From a virus (taxonomy: Duplodnaviria; Heunggongvirae; Uroviricota; Caudoviricetes), in IMG/VR virus record IMGVR_UViG_3300027301_000002: a stretch of DNA of 64,000 nucleotides, one strand, 5' to 3'. The notes under the pieces were generated by a model, which had not been told where the DNA came from, made no database searches, and saw nothing but the letters and a program-made list of their open reading frames with translations. Positions 27,259-36,976 of the stretch are shown here, piece by piece (within the stretch, counting starts at the first letter, position 1; each line of letters starts with the position of its first letter). The position numbers were made by a program, and so were the translations under genes.

Positions 27259-29867
27259 TGAAAAAACAGTATATTAGAAACTATCTTGGAATAGTCGTAC
27301 AAAACAATGACCCACTTAAAAGAGGTCGTGTTAAGGTATGGGTTCCTCATGTTGATATGACTGTATATGATGGTTGGAATAATAGCCAGAAGAATAAGCA
27401 GTTTAATTTTGTTGGTAAAAATACTTTTACGGATCTCAATGCAAATATTATAGAACAATTAAGATTATTTTTACCGTGGGCTGAAATGGCCATGCCAGTA
27501 GTTGGTTCTGGTAATACATCTGGTGTCTACAATTCTGTGCTTGATCGTGGATCTATATCTGATAAATCTGAATATTTGTCAGAAGGATTAGATTTTGTTA
27601 GTGACCGAAGCGCTGAGGAACAAAATGATGCTCGCAAAGAAGTTGGTGAATGGAAAGACATCTTGCCGACAACACTTGACAACTTATCAAGAACGGACGG
27701 ATTGCCTAAAACTAAAGGCAAATCATATCCGACGTTGGTAGATGACAAATATGTTCTTGGGAATAAGCCTGCCAAGTTATACCAAGACAAACCCATTTTC
27801 GATGCCTTTGCAACGAGTGGTCCTACTCAATTAAATCGATATACAAATCCTTATAGCAATTCGTATAGACCGATGCCATATTCCAATACTGCTGCTGGGT
27901 CGTTTGCCATTCCTAATGTGGGTGCTCACGTATGGGTTTTCTTTGAAAATGGCGATCCTATGAAGCCGGTGATCTTTGCTGTATCATATGGTCAAGAAGA
28001 CTGGAAGGGCATATATGATAGTCATAACGATACTACTTCTGTCGGTGCGTCACCTGATTATCCTGGTAAATTTGAGAATGGAATAGGCAGAGAGGATAAA
28101 GAATACGCAGCAAGCAAGGATGATATGATTTATCGAAGCAAGTACTCTTTAGTGCAAAGAGGAGGTGCACTGACATTCGTCAATACAGTTGAACGAGAGA
28201 TCCTCAATTTAACGCATTTTAGCGGTTCATATAAAGAATTCAATAACTACACTACTGTTGAGTTTGCTGCGAATAACGATCAGCGTCTTGTGTTAAATGA
28301 CGCGTTCTATACAGTCAATGGCCATCGCTCTGAGTATGTCGGTGGTGATTACGATTTAATTATCAAAGGAGCTTATAGGGTTACGTTTGGTGATCCCAAA
28401 AATCACAAAGCCCCTGCTGCGTCTATCAAGAGATTGATGGAAGAATTCCATAAAAAGTATAATCTCCCTTTTGAAATACAGCGTTCAATTATTGATAGTG
28501 CCGGAGGGCAATCCGGCACATTTGCTGCATGTCCTACTTGTAATCTAGCAGCATACGCAGCTCTTGAAAATGTTGCAGATGAAGTGGCCCAATCGATGTT
28601 CGATATCAAGTGTCCAACAGAGACTAGCCTAAAATCATTTCCAAAAGGATATGGCGTTGCTACTATACCAACAGAGATCTGTTTAACTTGTGGTGGTACG
28701 GGCAAGAGCCCTTCGACACAAGATGGTTCATGGGCAAGAAATTCTGATAAAGCAGATATGACGAGTGCGTTAGTTTCGCTCCAGACCCAAATGTATCCAT
28801 ATGAAGAGCAATTAGGAAATACTGCAGACGCCGTTATCAACTATGGAAAGAATCATGCTGTTGTCGTTGGTTCTGAGATGCATGATTTCCAATCATATCG
28901 AGTAGATCCTATTGGTAAGTTATCTCCGGCTGGTGTCAAAATTTCCCCTGGCACTGCTTACCAAAGATTAGCAGCTACTCCATTGGTAGAAAAAGTTCAT
29001 GTAGATGCGCCTCCTACTGGATCATTCAATTTAACCTGTGGCTATAAATGTTCCATGCTTGTGGGATCTGGTGGTGTTTCCATTAAGACTACAGGTGCTG
29101 TCGATATCGGTGGTTCTGTCACAACTATAACCGGCAAGCAATTGGTTCTGTCTTCTGATAATGAAGTATATGTTGATGGTGGACGCCGCGCACATATTAC
29201 TGCAGACAACATTAGCCTGGTTCCTAAAGGCAAAGATGGTGTTGCTGCTGTTTATGTGGGTGGGAACTTAGAGGTAGATAAAAATATCATCACCAAAGGT
29301 GGTGCGTACGTAGAAGGTGAATTATATGTCCAACACATTAGTGCTCCTATCGAATATCAATCGACTGAAACAGAGGTGACCGCTGCACATATTGTTCCTG
29401 AAATTGAAATTGGTTACATTCGAAAGGGTACAAAATTTGGTTATGATCTATTTGGTGTAGAGATTGTTACTGAAGAAGATATTCCTATCTATGGTAAAAC
29501 CTCAGAAGAACCTCAAGTCTACACAAGACCTCACTTCCACTTATTCAAAAACGTACCATTGCAGCTTTATGGTACTAGCGCAGAGATGAGAACAGATGCA
29601 GTTGGAATGAATGCTTCCCAAGCAAAGCTAGCTAAACCTGCAGCGTATGTTCCTGACATTACCAAAAAGTTCAAAGGGGTTGATTTTAGTTCTTTGACTG
29701 TAGGAGATCCAGTTCTATCCACAGCAAACTCTGATGTGTCACTTGATGCTGTACTATCGCTTGGTGATATCGTTGCACCCGATATCGTTATGGAGTCTGT
29801 AGAAAAATTACCACTATGTCCTGCTGAACACGATCTCAAGACTGGATTGACTCCAGTAATGGATTAA
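27258..29867 (+). CDS. gp5: Central tail spike (gp5/VgrG-like OB-fold plus beta-helix), no lysozyme domain evident
   Basis: YLGIVVQNNDPLKRGRVKVWVP, LPWA..AMP, PNVGAHVWVFFENGDPMKP; repetitive beta-strand C-terminal half. Confidence 0.75.
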   Translation: MKKQYIRNYLGIVVQNNDPLKRGRVKVWVPHVDMTVYDGWNNSQKNKQFNFVGKNTFTDLNANIIEQLRLFLPWAEMAMPVVGSGNTSGVYNSVLDRGSISDKSEYLSEGLDFVSDRSAEEQNDARKEVGEWKDILPTTLDNLSRTDGLPKTKGKSYPTLVDDKYVLGNKPAKLYQDKPIFDAFATSGPTQLNRYTNPYSNSYRPMPYSNTAAGSFAIPNVGAHVWVFFENGDPMKPVIFAVSYGQEDWKGIYDSHNDTTSVGASPDYPGKFENGIGREDKEYAASKDDMIYRSKYSLVQRGGALTFVNTVEREILNLTHFSGSYKEFNNYTTVEFAANNDQRLVLNDAFYTVNGHRSEYVGGDYDLIIKGAYRVTFGDPKNHKAPAASIKRLMEEFHKKYNLPFEIQRSIIDSAGGQSGTFAACPTCNLAAYAALENVADEVAQSMFDIKCPTETSLKSFPKGYGVATIPTEICLTCGGTGKSPSTQDGSWARNSDKADMTSALVSLQTQMYPYEEQLGNTADAVINYGKNHAVVVGSEMHDFQSYRVDPIGKLSPAGVKISPGTAYQRLAATPLVEKVHVDAPPTGSFNLTCGYKCSMLVGSGGVSIKTTGAVDIGGSVTTITGKQLVLSSDNEVYVDGGRRAHITADNISLVPKGKDGVAAVYVGGNLEVDKNIITKGGAYVEGELYVQHISAPIEYQSTETEVTAAHIVPEIEIGYIRKGTKFGYDLFGVEIVTEEDIPIYGKTSEEPQVYTRPHFHLFKNVPLQLYGTSAEMRTDAVGMNASQAKLAKPAAYVPDITKKFKGVDFSSLTVGDPVLSTANSDVSLDAVLSLGDIVAPDIVMESVEKLPLCPAEHDLKTGLTPVMD

Positions 29868-30178
29868 TCGAGGTAACTATTCAGAATACCTTCAATGGTT
29901 CTATAATTGGAATCACTAAAAGGTTCTTCTGCCAAACGAGATAGTGTAGCCTTGTCTGTTTCTGATACATGTGTAGGATCAAATAAAAGACCCATTGCTG
30001 CTACTTGCAAAGCATTGTATACTCCTCTCTTTTCTTGATCTGCTGTGTCTGGAGGTAATTCAACTCCTTGTGTTGTTCCAGGAGGCATTCCAGGCAATGC
30101 AGTGTCTTCCTGTTCTGCGTAAATCTTGTTTACATTTTCAATGCAAAGTTGTCTTAGAGTTTTGTAGAAAGTAGACAT
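29864..30178 (-). CDS. Small acidic hypothetical protein
   Basis: Convergent with the spike gene; N-terminus FYKTLRQLCIE...IYAE. Confidence 0.5.
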   Translation of the reverse strand: MSTFYKTLRQLCIENVNKIYAEQEDTALPGMPPGTTQGVELPPDTADQEKRGVYNALQVAAMGLLFDPTHVSETDKATLSRLAEEPFSDSNYRTIEGILNSYLD

Positions 30179-30182
30179 GATG

Positions 30183-30407
30183 TTATATTGGTGTGCTGCT
30201 TAGCTTCTGTTTAACAATTTCTGCTTTCTTTTTAGCATCTGCTGCTTCTAGTTCCTTTTGTTTTACCTTTGCATCGGCTGCTGCTGCTTCGAGCTCTGAA
30301 GCTTTTTTCTTCGCAGACGTCACTTCTGGGGATTCAAGTGCGGAACCTAGTTCTTCATTAAGGGTATTTAAAATTTCCTCTATAAGAGAATTGAATTTGA
30401 AACTCAT
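30183..30407 (-). CDS. Small late protein with coiled-coil tail
   Basis: ATAAATA box 5 nt before the ATG; N-terminus FKFNSLIEEILNTLNE. Confidence 0.55.
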   Translation of the reverse strand: MSFKFNSLIEEILNTLNEELGSALESPEVTSAKKKASELEAAAADAKVKQKELEAADAKKKAEIVKQKLSSTPI

Positions 30408-30514
30408 AAAAATATTTATCCAAATTGAGCAGAGTATGCCTTAAATGCTTTGAAATCTTTTTTGGCTCTCTTTTCTTTGTCTCTTTTTTAAATCCTATTT
30501 TTCAATTTAATCCA

Positions 30515-30528
30515 GATAAGCACTTATC
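30515..30528. repeat. Short inverted repeat in the longest intergenic region
   Basis: GATAAG-CA-CTTATC. Confidence 0.6.
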
Positions 30529-30573
30529 CATTAGCTATTTCTAACTACGCAAGCGCGTTTTTAAATGCAAGGT

Positions 30574-30601
30574 AATTTTAAAAAATAAATTTTAAAAAAT
30601 A
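30574..30601. repeat. Perfect 14-bp tandem direct repeat, pure A/T
   Basis: AATTTTAAAAAATA twice (30574-30587, 30588-30601). Confidence 0.7.
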
Positions 30602-30655
30602 AAAATAATTGCAAAGAGAGCACAATTTCACAAACTTTTAATGAATACTTCATTA

Positions 30656-31186
30656 TTATTTACTAAATGATGTGGACAGGGAACATCTCACACTCAAATT
30701 GTCGTTCACCTTTCGCTTTAGGCCAGAAAGGGAAAGACTATCAAAAAATTCAATTAATATTTTGAAATTAAATTTTTTATTGATTTGGAGTCGCTCAATA
30801 ATTTCCCCTGGAATATCATTTAAAGATATTTCTCCTTCATACGCAATATACTTGGTCTTAAAAATTTTCTGTAATGCCTTCTTTAATTGGTCAAGACATT
30901 TGTCGGCTTTGGAATCACCTATGATATTAGCAATGCTTTCATTATTGAAAGGCCCATTATCCACGATCAATGTTGTGGTACTAGTTTTTAATAAATCTAT
31001 GATAGTTTCAAAGCAGCAATGAAGAACAATCTTTTTAATATCACCTTGAAGACTTTTTTCATTAATCCCATAGTCGTCTAAAAAATTAAGTATTTTGTTC
31101 TGGCTTTTGCAGACTAGCTCCTTGACTGTTATTATCTGAAGTCCTCGATATAAGCCGTAGGAGGGTTTCGAATTCAATGCATGCAT
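30656..31186 (-). CDS. Hypothetical protein (true start probably downstream of 31186)
   Basis: Fills the gap after the resolvase; listed start overlaps that gene by 100 nt. Confidence 0.45.
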   Translation of the reverse strand: MHALNSKPSYGLYRGLQIITVKELVCKSQNKILNFLDDYGINEKSLQGDIKKIVLHCCFETIIDLLKTSTTTLIVDNGPFNNESIANIIGDSKADKCLDQLKKALQKIFKTKYIAYEGEISLNDIPGEIIERLQINKKFNFKILIEFFDSLSLSGLKRKVNDNLSVRCSLSTSFSK

Positions 31187-31496
31187 AGGGTTTTGTATGG
31201 TTTCGCTTGAATACTAATAGCGGAATGCGGTCTTTATTGCAATTGGTTTCGCATTGTTTAATGGAAGCCCATACATTCATCTTCTCTTGATTTTTGCATT
31301 CAATGTCAAACGGAATCAATTTCCTTGCTGCTGGAGACATTTTGATGTCTGTTCCACTCTCACCCATGATCGCACATTTAATGTCATCATCTTCAAGCTC
31401 TTTATGTATCGCGCGGAATGAATCGCGAACATAATCTTGCAAGCGCCGGCCTTTTGCTTTCGCAGCACTAGTTGAAATCTTCTTTGGCATACCCAA
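31086..31496 (-). CDS. Holliday junction resolvase-like PD-(D/E)xK nuclease
   Basis: AKAKGRRLQ, GTDI, IECKNQEK, PLLVFKRN. Confidence 0.75.
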   Translation of the reverse strand: MGMPKKISTSAAKAKGRRLQDYVRDSFRAIHKELEDDDIKCAIMGESGTDIKMSPAARKLIPFDIECKNQEKMNVWASIKQCETNCNKDRIPLLVFKRNHTKPYACIEFETLLRLISRTSDNNSQGASLQKPEQNT

Positions 31497-31500
31497 AGAC

Positions 31501-31707
31501 TTACATCTTTTTAGGTTCTAATACACCCTTAATTTTCTGGCGTCGGAACATTTTACCCTTAAAGAGTGCTTTTGGCATTCTCGCATCGCCTGGTGCATAA
31601 TCACCTTTAACACCAACACCCGCAGTTGAAGTTGTATTGCCATCTTCGCTAATAATATTTGCATTTGCGATGATAGTGTTGTATACTAAATAGAATTTCG
31701 ATCCCAC
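31501..31707 (-). CDS. Small late protein (GTG start)
   Basis: ATAAGTA box 5 nt before GTG 31707; contains ISE-DG and DYAPGDARMPK. Confidence 0.5.
   Translation of the reverse strand: MGSKFYLVYNTIIANANIISEDGNTTSTAGVGVKGDYAPGDARMPKALFKGKMFRRQKIKGVLEPKKM
31659..31687 (+). promoter_or_regulatory. Sigma70-like promoter of the uvsY-uvsW-55-47 run
   Basis: TTGCAT-17 nt-TATACT. Confidence 0.55.
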
Positions 31708-31717
31708 GTTTATACTT

Positions 31718-32113
31718 ATGGATATTATTGCAAAATATGATGAAGAAATAGCAAGAGATGCACACGTTGATGAACTCAACGTCAAAGATGTCGCAATGAG
31801 GTTGCCGGCAATTAAACACAAATGGGTATCAAGACTCATTGCTCATAAGAGAAGCTTATATCAATTAGAGCAGCAAAAAGAACAATTAGTAGAAGCAGCG
31901 TTAAAGCGTATGAAAGAAAAGACTGACATACAGCTAAGCAATAATGCAATGAAAACCAAAATAGATTCGTCGCCTCAAATGAAACAGATTAACGACGATA
32001 TCGCAGACCAAAAAAGCATAATCGACTACCTTGAGCATGTTGAATCTATTTTCCGCTATATGACTAACGACATCAAAAATGTTACAGAGATAATGAAACT
32101 TGAACTCACCTAA
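31718..32113 (+). CDS. uvsY: Recombination mediator (UvsY-like)
   Basis: IDELN...P.IKHKW...helical...IDYLEHV...IKN pattern; adjacent to uvsW. Confidence 0.75.
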   Translation: MDIIAKYDEEIARDAHVDELNVKDVAMRLPAIKHKWVSRLIAHKRSLYQLEQQKEQLVEAALKRMKEKTDIQLSNNAMKTKIDSSPQMKQINDDIADQKSIIDYLEHVESIFRYMTNDIKNVTEIMKLELT

Positions 32114-33582
32114 TGGCTTATTTGAATTTTACATTCCAAAAGAATAACAAAGCAGTATTGCACTCGGATGCCTTTGATATTATAAGAGAACAACTATCGG
32201 TTGAGACTGAATTGTTTCTTCGACGTGGTGGCAAATTTCAAAGAAAGAAAACAAGAACGTATGCAATAACCTCAGCAGGAGTCGTTGATATCGGACTAGT
32301 TCCTGAACTAGTTAAATTGGCTTCTCAGTTGGGATTCCCTGTTAGTGTATCTCTAGATGATAAAGTAAAGAGCATTCTTAAACCTTCATTTAAATTTGAA
32401 GAAAATAAACAAGCATTAGCATTTGATCAATTCGAACTGAGACCATATCAAAAAGAATCTGTTGAATTGGCGGTACCAAGAGGACGAGGAATTATTGTCT
32501 TGCCGACTGCCACAGGAAAGACTTTAACAATGGCATCGTTAATCAAGACGATACTGAATGAAAATCCTCTAGATGGCAAGCATATTCTAATATTAGTACC
32601 AGATATTGGGTTAGTCAATCAAACACATGCAGACTTTCTTAAATACGGTTTGGAGTATTCATGCAGCAAATGGTCTGGTAGTTTTGAATTTGATTCAACA
32701 AGCAAGGTCATAGTTTGCAATCAAGCAATTCTTCGTTCTGAAAGCCAACAAGAGATAGTGCAGTACCTGAAAAAGAATACAGGCTTGATCATCGTTGATG
32801 AAGTGCATACGTTAAAAAAAGATAATGCATCCACGAAGATCATCGATGAATTTGAGACTATACACAGATATGGCTTTACTGGGACACTACCTGATGCACA
32901 GCTAGACTATTGGACATTACTTGGTAAAATAGGTCCTGTGCTATCTAAAGTCGAAGCACACGAAATGAGAAGCGATGAATGGATTGCCGATGTGATCGCT
33001 AAGATCATTTTCATTAAGCACCAAAATCCACCTCATATCGTCGTAGATATTAAAGAACCAAACAAAGCATATCTTGAAGAAACTGAATGGCTAATCCAAA
33101 ACCATTTCAGAAATACATTGATGTGTAACTTTGCAAACAAGCTAAAGAAAAATAGCTTGTTGCTTGTCAATCGCAAAGAGCATGGTAGACAAATGTTAGA
33201 GATAGCAAAGTCTTTAGATGTTAATAACGAGAAAGAAATTTACTTCATTGAAGGTGAAGTCGATGTCGAAGAAAGAGAAAAGGTGCAAAAGATGATGGAA
33301 GAGAAAGACAACATAATTTGCATTGCAATGTCGTCTATTTTTAGCACAGGGATCAGTATCAATAACTTACATTATGTATTTTTCTGCTCCGGAGGTAAAT
33401 CAAGAATTCGCATCATTCAATCGATTGGTAGAGGTAGTCGTTTACATCATAGCAAAGAAAAAATGATTTTATTTGATTTTGCAGACAATACCCGCTATAG
33501 TTTTAAACATCTGCAACAGAGAATATCCCTCTATAAGCAGGAAAAAATTAGCCATGAAAAAATTGAAATCAAAGAAGTCTGA
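32113..33582 (+). CDS. uvsW: SF2 DNA helicase UvsW
   Basis: LRPYQ, LPTATGKT, IVDEVH, GFTGTL, FSTGISI, QSIGRGSR. Confidence 0.92.
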   Translation: MAYLNFTFQKNNKAVLHSDAFDIIREQLSVETELFLRRGGKFQRKKTRTYAITSAGVVDIGLVPELVKLASQLGFPVSVSLDDKVKSILKPSFKFEENKQALAFDQFELRPYQKESVELAVPRGRGIIVLPTATGKTLTMASLIKTILNENPLDGKHILILVPDIGLVNQTHADFLKYGLEYSCSKWSGSFEFDSTSKVIVCNQAILRSESQQEIVQYLKKNTGLIIVDEVHTLKKDNASTKIIDEFETIHRYGFTGTLPDAQLDYWTLLGKIGPVLSKVEAHEMRSDEWIADVIAKIIFIKHQNPPHIVVDIKEPNKAYLEETEWLIQNHFRNTLMCNFANKLKKNSLLLVNRKEHGRQMLEIAKSLDVNNEKEIYFIEGEVDVEEREKVQKMMEEKDNIICIAMSSIFSTGISINNLHYVFFCSGGKSRIRIIQSIGRGSRLHHSKEKMILFDFADNTRYSFKHLQQRISLYKQEKISHEKIEIKEV

Positions 33583-34108
33583 AGATGAAACATCAGAGAA
33601 GAAACCAGCAAAAAAGAACAAAGAGTTCTACGTAAAACCGGAAGAGTTTCATGATGCAATCTTGGCGTACTACCAAGACGAAACAAATGAGATTCCGCAT
33701 ATCCTTGGCGATATGGTTCAAAAGATTGCTACTAAAATTGGGTTTCTTCCCAACTTCAAAGACTATTCATATAAAGAAGAAATGATTGGCGATGCTGTTG
33801 TTCGAATGATATCAGCTCTCTCAAAAAAGAAATATGATATCAAAATTGGTAACCCATTTTCATACTTCACCAAGATTGCTATCAATACTTTTATTGGCAG
33901 AATTAAAAAAGAGAAACAAAATCAAAATACGCTCAAGGCATACCGCGAAGAACAGTTTGCAAATTTGGCAAACGATGAAGCTTGGTATCAAACACGACGC
34001 CAGCGGATTGCAGAATCGGATAGCAATGAATTCTATTACGAGAATGATACGGCTAGCTTTTACGATGATAGCAAAGACACTAGACTAGAGAATGATGATG
34101 AAATTTAA
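33554..34108 (+). CDS. gp55: Late-transcription sigma factor (T4 gp55-like)
   Basis: FYV...F...I, NFKDYSYKEEMIGDA, NPFSYFTKIAIN.FI.RIKKEK. Start reassigned to ATG 33554. Confidence 0.85.
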   Translation: MKKLKSKKSEDETSEKKPAKKNKEFYVKPEEFHDAILAYYQDETNEIPHILGDMVQKIATKIGFLPNFKDYSYKEEMIGDAVVRMISALSKKKYDIKIGNPFSYFTKIAINTFIGRIKKEKQNQNTLKAYREEQFANLANDEAWYQTRRQRIAESDSNEFYYENDTASFYDDSKDTRLENDDEI

Positions 34109-35135
34109 TTCTGATCGGATCGGTGTCATTGCAGATTTGCATTTAGGTGTTTATCGAGACAGCACTTTATGGCATACATTGGCATTAGAATTTGCCAGAT
34201 GGATGTCCAAGACGTATAAGCTTCTAGATATCAAAGACATTGTTATTAGCGGTGATATCTTTCACAATAGAAAAGAAGTGTGTGTCAATACAATGCACAC
34301 CGCATCTGAATTTTTCAAGATTCTTGAAGATTTTAATATTATCCTAGTTACAGGGAATCATGATGCATTTTATCGGGATCGGTCTGATGTCAACTCATTG
34401 AATATCCTCACCGGGTGGCAGAATATCCATGTCGTATCGGAAGCCACATCTATCACACACAACGACAAAAAAATAACATTTGTCCCATGGGCTACCAATA
34501 TGGATACGGTAGACAAGTGTGACATCATGTTCGGCCATTTTGAAATAACTAGCTTTACCATATCCGAAGGACAAGTGTGTGAACATGGTGAGTCTGCTTC
34601 TAAACTTTTGTCATTATGTCCTCTTGTATTAACAGGTCATTTTCACATGGCTGATATGAGGAAGTATGATAACGGACGCATCATATACGTGGGATCTCCA
34701 ATGGAATTGAGCTGGGGAGAGGCATACACACCAAAGTATATTTGGGTGCTTGATATCAATGAAAGCAAAGCAAGAGCGATAGAAAATAAAATATCACCAA
34801 AGCATCTGAAATTTAAAAGTTCGGCTATACGCGAGAATGTTGCTGAATATCGCTCAGCGATAGCAAATAACTTCATTCGTATACAGATAGATGAAGAACT
34901 TTCTGTTTCAGATATTGAGTTGATGCAATCGCAAATATCAGCACTGAAACCTATTGAATTGAATTTTGAGTATCAATCATCTGGAACTATTACGCTCGAT
35001 GATATCGATGAAGATTTTGATCCTATTGATATTGAAAAGACCTTCAAAGAAATAGTTGATAAGCTATCAGAGGAAGCACCAAAGAAACAAAGAATACTTC
35101 AAACACTAGTTGAAATATATAGACAAGTTAGTTAA
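34092..35135 (+). CDS. gp47: Recombination nuclease, Mre11/SbcD-like (T4 gp47)
   Basis: ADLHLG, GDIFH, GNHD, FGHFE, TGHFH, YVGSP. Confidence 0.9.
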   Translation: MMMKFNSDRIGVIADLHLGVYRDSTLWHTLALEFARWMSKTYKLLDIKDIVISGDIFHNRKEVCVNTMHTASEFFKILEDFNIILVTGNHDAFYRDRSDVNSLNILTGWQNIHVVSEATSITHNDKKITFVPWATNMDTVDKCDIMFGHFEITSFTISEGQVCEHGESASKLLSLCPLVLTGHFHMADMRKYDNGRIIYVGSPMELSWGEAYTPKYIWVLDINESKARAIENKISPKHLKFKSSAIRENVAEYRSAIANNFIRIQIDEELSVSDIELMQSQISALKPIELNFEYQSSGTITLDDIDEDFDPIDIEKTFKEIVDKLSEEAPKKQRILQTLVEIYRQVS

Positions 35136-35146
35136 TTTTACAAAAC

Positions 35147-35476
35147 ATGAATACAAACTTATTGCAGCCCGACGCCGACGTTGTTAAAACAGGCTTAGAA
35201 ATACCACAGTCATTAGACGGCATCCTTGTTGATAATGATGACACATGCATTTCGGTACAGACATCTGATGCGATGTTCAAATCATTTGAAAATGACCCAG
35301 ACAATATAAACATATCAAATCTCTATACACCACAAGAGTCAATTGACTTGACGGATCTTTTTAATGCTTTATCTCCTTATAAGTCACAGACCAACGGGAT
35401 ACCAACATTGGACTTTGATGACATTATGAAAAGTATTGACGATGATATAAAAAGCAGAATGAATGATGAAGGCTGA
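35147..35476 (+). CDS. Acidic hypothetical protein
   Basis: Tiled ORF after gp47. Confidence 0.45.
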   Translation: MNTNLLQPDADVVKTGLEIPQSLDGILVDNDDTCISVQTSDAMFKSFENDPDNINISNLYTPQESIDLTDLFNALSPYKSQTNGIPTLDFDDIMKSIDDDIKSRMNDEG

Positions 35477-35482
35477 TCAATT

Positions 35483-36265
35483 ATGAAAATAGGAATAGGA
35501 ATCATTACATGTAATCGTCCAGAGTTTTTAAAAAAATTATGGGCGACCATGCCAGACTATATTGATGATATAGTCATCGTCAATGATGGGAATAAAATCG
35601 ATAATATAGAAGGAGCACATATTATAAACAACCCCAAAAAAATACAAGTTGGTGGATCAAAAAATGTCGCGATGAAATATCTTATCGAACAAAAATGTGA
35701 TTACATCTTCACCTTAGAAGATGACATTTTAATCGAGGATCCGATGGTGTTTTTGAATTACATCAATGCGAGCAAGTCAACAGGAATTTGTCATTTTAAT
35801 TTTGGATTTTCGAATCGTGAAAATTTAGATGCATCTTTACAACCGGTTTATAAAAAAGTTATCGAATACCCAGACGGAACGAAAATTATATTAACACCAA
35901 ACATACTCGGTGCTCTTTCTTTTTATACAAGAGATGCGTTGATGGAAATTGGGCTACATAATCGTGTATTCAACAAAGGACACGGAGATCATCCAGAGCT
36001 AACGTATAGAGCATACAAGCACGGGTATACAACGCCGTTTTGGTGGTTTGCTGACATATATAATAGTTGGAGCATGATTAAAAATCAATCAAATATGTCA
36101 ACAGATAGTACGATTAGAAATAACAATTTTTGGCAGTCATTCAACGAGGCGAACGATTCATTTAAAGTGCTGCACGGTTACAAAATGACTGAAGTACCAT
36201 ATGAGGGCGAAGAAAAAACAATCGAAGTGCTCAAACAATTAAAAAATAACAAACAATTAAAATGA
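35483..36265 (+). CDS. GT2-family glycosyltransferase
   Basis: IGIITCNR, IVNDG, FTLEDD. Confidence 0.8.
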   Translation: MKIGIGIITCNRPEFLKKLWATMPDYIDDIVIVNDGNKIDNIEGAHIINNPKKIQVGGSKNVAMKYLIEQKCDYIFTLEDDILIEDPMVFLNYINASKSTGICHFNFGFSNRENLDASLQPVYKKVIEYPDGTKIILTPNILGALSFYTRDALMEIGLHNRVFNKGHGDHPELTYRAYKHGYTTPFWWFADIYNSWSMIKNQSNMSTDSTIRNNNFWQSFNEANDSFKVLHGYKMTEVPYEGEEKTIEVLKQLKNNKQLK

Positions 36266-36933
36266 AAATAAAAAAAGCTTTAAACCATTATTTCACATAT
36301 CCTGATAACGTAAAAGTACATCTTCCATGGTCACCTACAGGTCTTGGAGATGCCATTGATTGGCCAGAAGAAGTATTGAAATTATTTAATTATTCTCCAG
36401 GTTCTGGCCGCAATTTGTATATCTATCAATATTTTCAAAATCTAAAAAAACAATCAATTAAAAGCATTGATTATTTAGAAGTGGGGACGTTTATTGGCAG
36501 TAGCGTTATCGACATCTACAAATTTTCAACACTATTTGATATTAATGTAAATATTACAGTTGTTGATACATTTGAAGGGACTACAAATGAGGACATGAGC
36601 GGCTTCATGAGTCACTGGGATGAAACTAATAAATTCAAAAATAAATTTCTAGAAAATTTAAAGGAAAATAACATCACAAATGTTAACATATACGAGGGTT
36701 ACAGCGATGATTTTTTCAAGACAAATAAAAAAACATATGACTTAATATATATCGACGCAGATCATTCATATGAAGCAGTTGTTCGTGATATTAATAATTC
36801 ACTACAAATTTTAAATAAAAATGGTAAACTTACCGGCGACGACTATCATCCTATATGGGGTGTGTTTAATGCTGTAAATTCATTTGCAAATAGATTCAAT
36901 GTAAACATTATCGGTGAGATGTGGTATATTTAA
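36262..36933 (+). CDS. Class I SAM methyltransferase (Methyltransf_24-like)
   Basis: LEVGTFIGSS, DTFEG, DLIYIDADHSYE, GDDY. Confidence 0.8.
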   Translation: MKIKKALNHYFTYPDNVKVHLPWSPTGLGDAIDWPEEVLKLFNYSPGSGRNLYIYQYFQNLKKQSIKSIDYLEVGTFIGSSVIDIYKFSTLFDINVNITVVDTFEGTTNEDMSGFMSHWDETNKFKNKFLENLKENNITNVNIYEGYSDDFFKTNKKTYDLIYIDADHSYEAVVRDINNSLQILNKNGKLTGDDYHPIWGVFNAVNSFANRFNVNIIGEMWYI

Positions 36934-36976
36934 CAGACTTAAGTAACATAATAGTAATAGTTAAATTATTGAAATA

